DNA from: Candidatus Obscuribacteraceae bacterium
GTDB taxonomy: Bacteria > Cyanobacteriota > Vampirovibrionia > Obscuribacterales > Obscuribacteraceae
Assembly: GCA_044226015.1 (NCBI GenBank)
Contig: JBGAHS010000005.1
Location: forward strand, 256,001-320,000
Direction of reading: 5' to 3'
Length of the DNA: 64,000 nt
Positions 59,639 to 64,000 of this stretch are shown in pieces; positions within the stretch are counted from its first letter, which is position 1; each line of letters opens with the position of its first letter. Below the pieces are notes generated by a model. The model had not been told where the DNA came from, did no database searches, and worked only from the letters and a program-made list of their open reading frames with translations. The translations under genes and the position numbers were made by a program.

Positions 59639-60535
59639 CTAGTCTGGAATTAGTTCGGGATGCCCTTGTGTGTTCAGAAACTCAACAAATAGTTTCTTGA
59701 GGTCTTCACCATCTTTCTCATTGACCGCTTCAAATGGCTTTGCTCTGGTGCCCAGCATATTCGAAATCTTCAGAAGTTTGGCATTACCCCTGGTATCAAA
59801 TATTTTTGTGGAACCATCTACGCGAACGGCATTCTCATCCATTGGTGTGTATCGACTGATGCACTCTTTTTGCAGGGTCTTCAAAATTACCTGTGACTGG
59901 GGCTCTACGATTGCGTCAGCGCCACTTACTTTGCGTATGTATTCTTCTTTTGAGTCTGATACCACAGAGACGGTTTCGCAGCGATTGTAAGCGATGCAGT
60001 CATTGTCAACCTTGCAAGTATAACTGTATGGCGCTTTGACATAGTCCCAGACCTGACCAGTCTTGTCTTTCTGGCAACCAATTGTCTTTTGGAACTCATT
60101 TCTTAGAACAAATGGCAGCTCTGGATAGCGAGTCTTATCATTGATGATGTTCATGTGTGTTACTGTTTCAGACTTGAACTGCCAGGTGCCGGCGAGCCAT
60201 TTTGGAATTGGAACCCAATTGTTTTTCGGCGACAATTTAGGAATCGTTGCTTCGTCAAACTTTCCGCCCTGCATCATTCCGTCTGGAACCGGGCTCAGGC
60301 GCACGCTATGTTCGGCTCGGGCCTGAAGCGGTGCAGAGTTGCTGCTCTTCTTAGGGTCCTGTTCATGCTGAATTGAACTTACAGTTAATTGTGCGTTGCT
60401 TGACTGCGATTGTGATGTTAGCTTCCGCGTGCTCGCTGTTGCTGTTTTTAGCGGAATCTCGTCAGCTAAAGCGGCGCTTGCTGATAGAAGCAGCGCAAAA
60501 GTGGCTGCCTCAATTCGTGCAGTGAGTCTGCTCAT
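59639..60535 (-). CDS. Exported hypothetical protein
   Basis: Signal peptide ending ALA; WVPIPKWLAGTW. Confidence 0.8.
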   Translation of the reverse strand: MSRLTARIEAATFALLLSASAALADEIPLKTATASTRKLTSQSQSSNAQLTVSSIQHEQDPKKSSNSAPLQARAEHSVRLSPVPDGMMQGGKFDEATIPKLSPKNNWVPIPKWLAGTWQFKSETVTHMNIINDKTRYPELPFVLRNEFQKTIGCQKDKTGQVWDYVKAPYSYTCKVDNDCIAYNRCETVSVVSDSKEEYIRKVSGADAIVEPQSQVILKTLQKECISRYTPMDENAVRVDGSTKIFDTRGNAKLLKISNMLGTRAKPFEAVNEKDGEDLKKLFVEFLNTQGHPELIPD

Positions 60536-60631
60536 ACTAGTTTGCCCATTTCCTTTCGAAGAAGCCGCTTTTCCTGATTGTTTTAGGACTTCTACGACGA
60601 AGTAAGAGAAATTAGGAGGAACTCGATTTTA

Positions 60632-61999
60632 CTATCTTTCGGTTGAGGCGGTCTTCTGCATTTGTTTGCTCATTTGCACTTCCCATGAGTCAGGAGCGTA
60701 CTTTAAGTCTTCTGCGATTTTGAATTCTTCTGATGCTCGCTTGTTTTCGCCGCATTGCAAGTACATCATCGCAAGATGATAATGGCTGGCTCCTTCTTTC
60801 GGTTTCAGCTGAATGCTCTTTTCGTAATCAAGCATTGCTTTGTGATAGTCTTGCAAACAAAAGAATACCAGACCTCTGGTGTCGAGTGCTTCAGGAACAT
60901 TAGGAGCCAGTTCTAGTGATTTATTTATGTCGCGAAGAGCATTGTCATATTGGCCGAGTGGAATCTCGCTCCATGCACGAGCATTGTAGTGCATGGCTTC
61001 TCTGGGCTCGTTTTTGATCACAAATGAGTAGTCGTTGACAGCGTCTTGAAATTCGCCGAGTTCGTGAAACACTCGAGCCCGTGATAGAAACGCTTTCATG
61101 TCGTGACGGTCAGCCGCAATACCTTTGTTGCAATCATCGAGTGCTTGCTTGAATCGTTTGAGTCCGATGAGTGCTGCCGCACGACCGATGAAGAACTTGG
61201 AGTTAATCTCTGTTTTCAGCAACCTGTCGAAAACGAAGTAAGCCTCAGCGTACTTTTTTGCGTGAAGGTCGGCCATACCTTCTGCGTCGATTCTGTAGAC
61301 GTCTCCTCTTTTGTCAGCCTTAGCAGTTTGGTCTGAAAACGAGAAAAACATGAATGAGATGACAGCAAGCACAGCAAATTTGCAGAATTTGAAGATGCGA
61401 GCTTCATCGGAAAACGGCATGACTAGCAAACCTGCTACGAAGCCAGCAAAGAACCCTCCAACGTGTGCAGCATTGTCTATTTCGGGGTAGAAGAATCCGC
61501 CGAGCAGTGAAGCGCAAATGACACCGAGAAAAATAACAGGTTGAACGTGTGAATATTCGCTTTTTTTTCCGCAAAGTAATGAGGACAGCATCGCACCTGC
61601 TAAGCCAATAATGGCACCAGATGCGCCCGAGCTGGTCTGTGTAGGGTTCCACATGATGCTACAAAGTGCGCCGCAGAGTCCCGACAGAAAGTAAACAGAA
61701 AGAAACCGTTTTGTTCCTAGAATCGATAGAACATCGGGTCCAAACATGTGCAAAGCCCACATGTTCAGACCTAAGTGAATAATCGATGCATGAATGAACA
61801 TGCTTGTGAACAGTCGCCAGTATTGACCTTGTATTGTGAAAGCGCCTATGTTCGCGCCCCAGCGAAATAATGCTTCTGAGTCGGGGACAATCAAAGCTCG
61901 CGCACCGGTCATTGATACCATAGCAATGAACACCAGAACATTGCTAAGAATCAGCACATTGACGCAATCGAGTTTGAGTTCTGTGAATTTTGACTTCAA
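60632..61999 (-). CDS. Rhomboid intramembrane serine protease fused to C-terminal TPRs
   Basis: WRLFTSMFIH, HLGLNM, GASG, DNAAHVGG; TPR units. Confidence 0.9.
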   Translation of the reverse strand: MKSKFTELKLDCVNVLILSNVLVFIAMVSMTGARALIVPDSEALFRWGANIGAFTIQGQYWRLFTSMFIHASIIHLGLNMWALHMFGPDVLSILGTKRFLSVYFLSGLCGALCSIMWNPTQTSSGASGAIIGLAGAMLSSLLCGKKSEYSHVQPVIFLGVICASLLGGFFYPEIDNAAHVGGFFAGFVAGLLVMPFSDEARIFKFCKFAVLAVISFMFFSFSDQTAKADKRGDVYRIDAEGMADLHAKKYAEAYFVFDRLLKTEINSKFFIGRAAALIGLKRFKQALDDCNKGIAADRHDMKAFLSRARVFHELGEFQDAVNDYSFVIKNEPREAMHYNARAWSEIPLGQYDNALRDINKSLELAPNVPEALDTRGLVFFCLQDYHKAMLDYEKSIQLKPKEGASHYHLAMMYLQCGENKRASEEFKIAEDLKYAPDSWEVQMSKQMQKTASTER

Positions 62000-62303
62000 A
62001 GCTTGGGCCTTATGAATTGAGAAACTTCACGTTGTCGCGACAAGATAGTCGATATCTTTCGATCTGCTCTGTCGGAAATAACAAAGTGAGCCGTATCCTA
62101 CGGTATTGGTGTCATATTAACTTAAATTTGGCTTACTGCAAGCCATCGGAATTCCGCTAATTAGGGTTCTCACGTATTGGAATGCTCATCCGTGGAGTTC
62201 TGACCCGAACCATGGGAATTCCACCAGTGCCTCTGCACGCATCTACCGGCATAATAGCAATGGGCTGGAATGATTGACCGTGTGGAACGAGGGAGTGAAA
62301 ACC

Positions 62304-63845
62304 TTGGACGATTCGAGCCCCAAAATAACGAAATCTGAGCTCTTACAGCATGAAGATTCCTCCGGTGTTTTTCGGAGAGAACTAGAGGTCCTCGCCTTAG
62401 GAGGTTTGCAGGGCATACAGCGCGGAGTGAGCCAGTCTGCGGGCGACCTTGCCGGTTTCGGAAAAGGGCTTGTGCACGACCCCGTCAATACTGTCACGAG
62501 TTTTGTGAAAGACCACTGGTCTGAAGCGGCTGTCGCCGGTGGACTCGCGGTGCTAGCCCCTCGCAAGTATTTGAACACACTACTTCTGGTCTCCTCCAGT
62601 CGCGGGGTCGCATCGGCAACGATTGAAGGCGCCGTTGGTGCATTTGACACCAGTCAGGATCTCGGCACAGTTAGAGAACGATTTGCCAATCATCTTGCAG
62701 GAGAGACTCGACAACTAGTAAATGCATTGCCAATGACGATAGCTGGAAGTGCTGCAGGGCGAAGTCTTGGTAACGCCGTGTTCGGCAAGAATATGGGTGC
62801 ACTCGATCTCGCTGCGGGTCGGGTCACCATGGCTGAAGTAAAGACGAATGTCTGGAAAATGCATGATCAGGTGTTTCCGCCAAAAGCCAAAATGGCAGTT
62901 GTTGATCTCGATGGAACTCTGGTATCAACAGGTCGCCATCTGGCACCCGGCATTGAACAAGGTAAGAAACTTCTAGCGAATTCTACTGGGTTAGGAGAGC
63001 AGGTCGTTTCGGACTTGCTGAATGAACAGTTCAAGAAACTGAACTCGTTCGTGAATCCTTGGACTGTCGAACTTGCCTTCGCCGAAAGGCTGAATGTTGG
63101 AAAGCCTGGTGGCATGAGCGCCGCTGAATTCAAAACGAAAATCAGCGACCCATATTGGCAGATTTTCAAAGATAACATAAAATCCGAACTCACTGTGTAT
63201 GAAGGGGCACGCGAGACTTTGAGTGCCCTCGGAAAAAATGATGTTGCAGTAAGCATTTTTACAAACTCTCCTGCTGTAGGAGCCCTGCCCCGCTTAGAGG
63301 CGACGGGCTTGCATAAGGTAGTGAAGAATTCAATTATGCTAGAAAATCCCGTGCCACCAACCAGTCTCTCTGCAGAGCTCGTCAAGATTGGTGAGGAGCG
63401 TATGGCAGCACAGATGTTCTCCGACCCCAGCTTTGCGCAAGTGGCTCGCACGCTTAAAAAACCTGACCCGCAGGTTGTGCAAGCAAGAATGCAAGAGCAG
63501 GGTGTGCGACCAAACGAAGTTATTGTTATCGGTGACAGTCTCGAAGCTGATATGGCGCTGGCACAGAAAACTGGTGCTCGCGGGCTCTGGGCACGTTGGA
63601 ATGAAGCTGATACCGCATATGATGCTATGCTCAATCGTGTAACTGGTGGCAACTTTCCGCCTGCAAAAAAGAGCGGAGTGCCTTTTGAAGTTGAACTGAA
63701 GACGGTGCCGGAAATACTAAATCACTTGCGACCGCCGCGTAACATTGGCGGGCTGATCAAGAACAATGCTTCCTTTGGAAATTGGTATGTGCCGATTCAG
63801 TCTTATGGTTTGAGTTTGACTCCACCGGCAGGCGAGAAAAAGTAG
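62304..63845 (+). CDS. HAD-superfamily hydrolase fused to an N-terminal Gly/Ala-rich hydrophobic domain
   Basis: DLDGTL, FTNS, KKPDP, IGDSLEAD; start moved to TTG 62304 after GAGGGAG. Confidence 0.82.
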   Translation: MDDSSPKITKSELLQHEDSSGVFRRELEVLALGGLQGIQRGVSQSAGDLAGFGKGLVHDPVNTVTSFVKDHWSEAAVAGGLAVLAPRKYLNTLLLVSSSRGVASATIEGAVGAFDTSQDLGTVRERFANHLAGETRQLVNALPMTIAGSAAGRSLGNAVFGKNMGALDLAAGRVTMAEVKTNVWKMHDQVFPPKAKMAVVDLDGTLVSTGRHLAPGIEQGKKLLANSTGLGEQVVSDLLNEQFKKLNSFVNPWTVELAFAERLNVGKPGGMSAAEFKTKISDPYWQIFKDNIKSELTVYEGARETLSALGKNDVAVSIFTNSPAVGALPRLEATGLHKVVKNSIMLENPVPPTSLSAELVKIGEERMAAQMFSDPSFAQVARTLKKPDPQVVQARMQEQGVRPNEVIVIGDSLEADMALAQKTGARGLWARWNEADTAYDAMLNRVTGGNFPPAKKSGVPFEVELKTVPEILNHLRPPRNIGGLIKNNASFGNWYVPIQSYGLSLTPPAGEKK

Positions 63846-64000
63846 GAATTGGAATTTGCGTTGCAATTATATTAGAATCTGATTTGCTCGGGTTTGATGG
63901 AATTTGCGATGTCAAAAGCTTACTGGAACTCACTTTCTTGGTCAATGCCGCTTAAGCCGCAGCTTTTGATTGCACTATTGTTAGTGGGCGTTTCTCTGTT

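Noticed and set aside
62140..62230. 6S RNA, SRP RNA or tRNA (ends in ...CCACCA)
   Set aside because: Too short for 6S, lacks the SRP domain IV motif, and has no T-loop or anticodon cloverleaf

Overview
Chromosomal segment of roughly mid-range GC content. Cyanobacteria-like SigA/FabF/GatA sequences, no photosynthesis genes, zinc-ribbon Ser/Thr kinases and many large orphan proteins suggest a non-photosynthetic relative of Cyanobacteria (Melainabacteria/Vampirovibrionia, probably Obscuribacterales); this placement is inference. Housekeeping genes: rseP, panB, fabG-acpP-fabF, gatA, asnB, mpg, a primary-type sigma70, uvrB, tatA, glyS. Signalling genes: a stressosome operon with a duplicated rsbT, a GGDEF/HD-GYP protein, a HisKA_3/NarL pair and two Ser/Thr kinases. 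The most striking unexplained signal is a dispersed set of proteins without Sec signal peptides. They share N-terminal motifs, two appear to share a Gly/Ala-rich hydrophobic domain, and four end in different enzymatic domains (two HExxH metallopeptidases, a papain/calpain-like Cys protease, a HAD phosphatase). Some are followed by small candidate immunity genes or preceded by multi-branch structured leaders. This is a candidate polymorphic effector system. REP-like repeat clusters are present. No rRNA, tRNA, CRISPR array or transposase was found.
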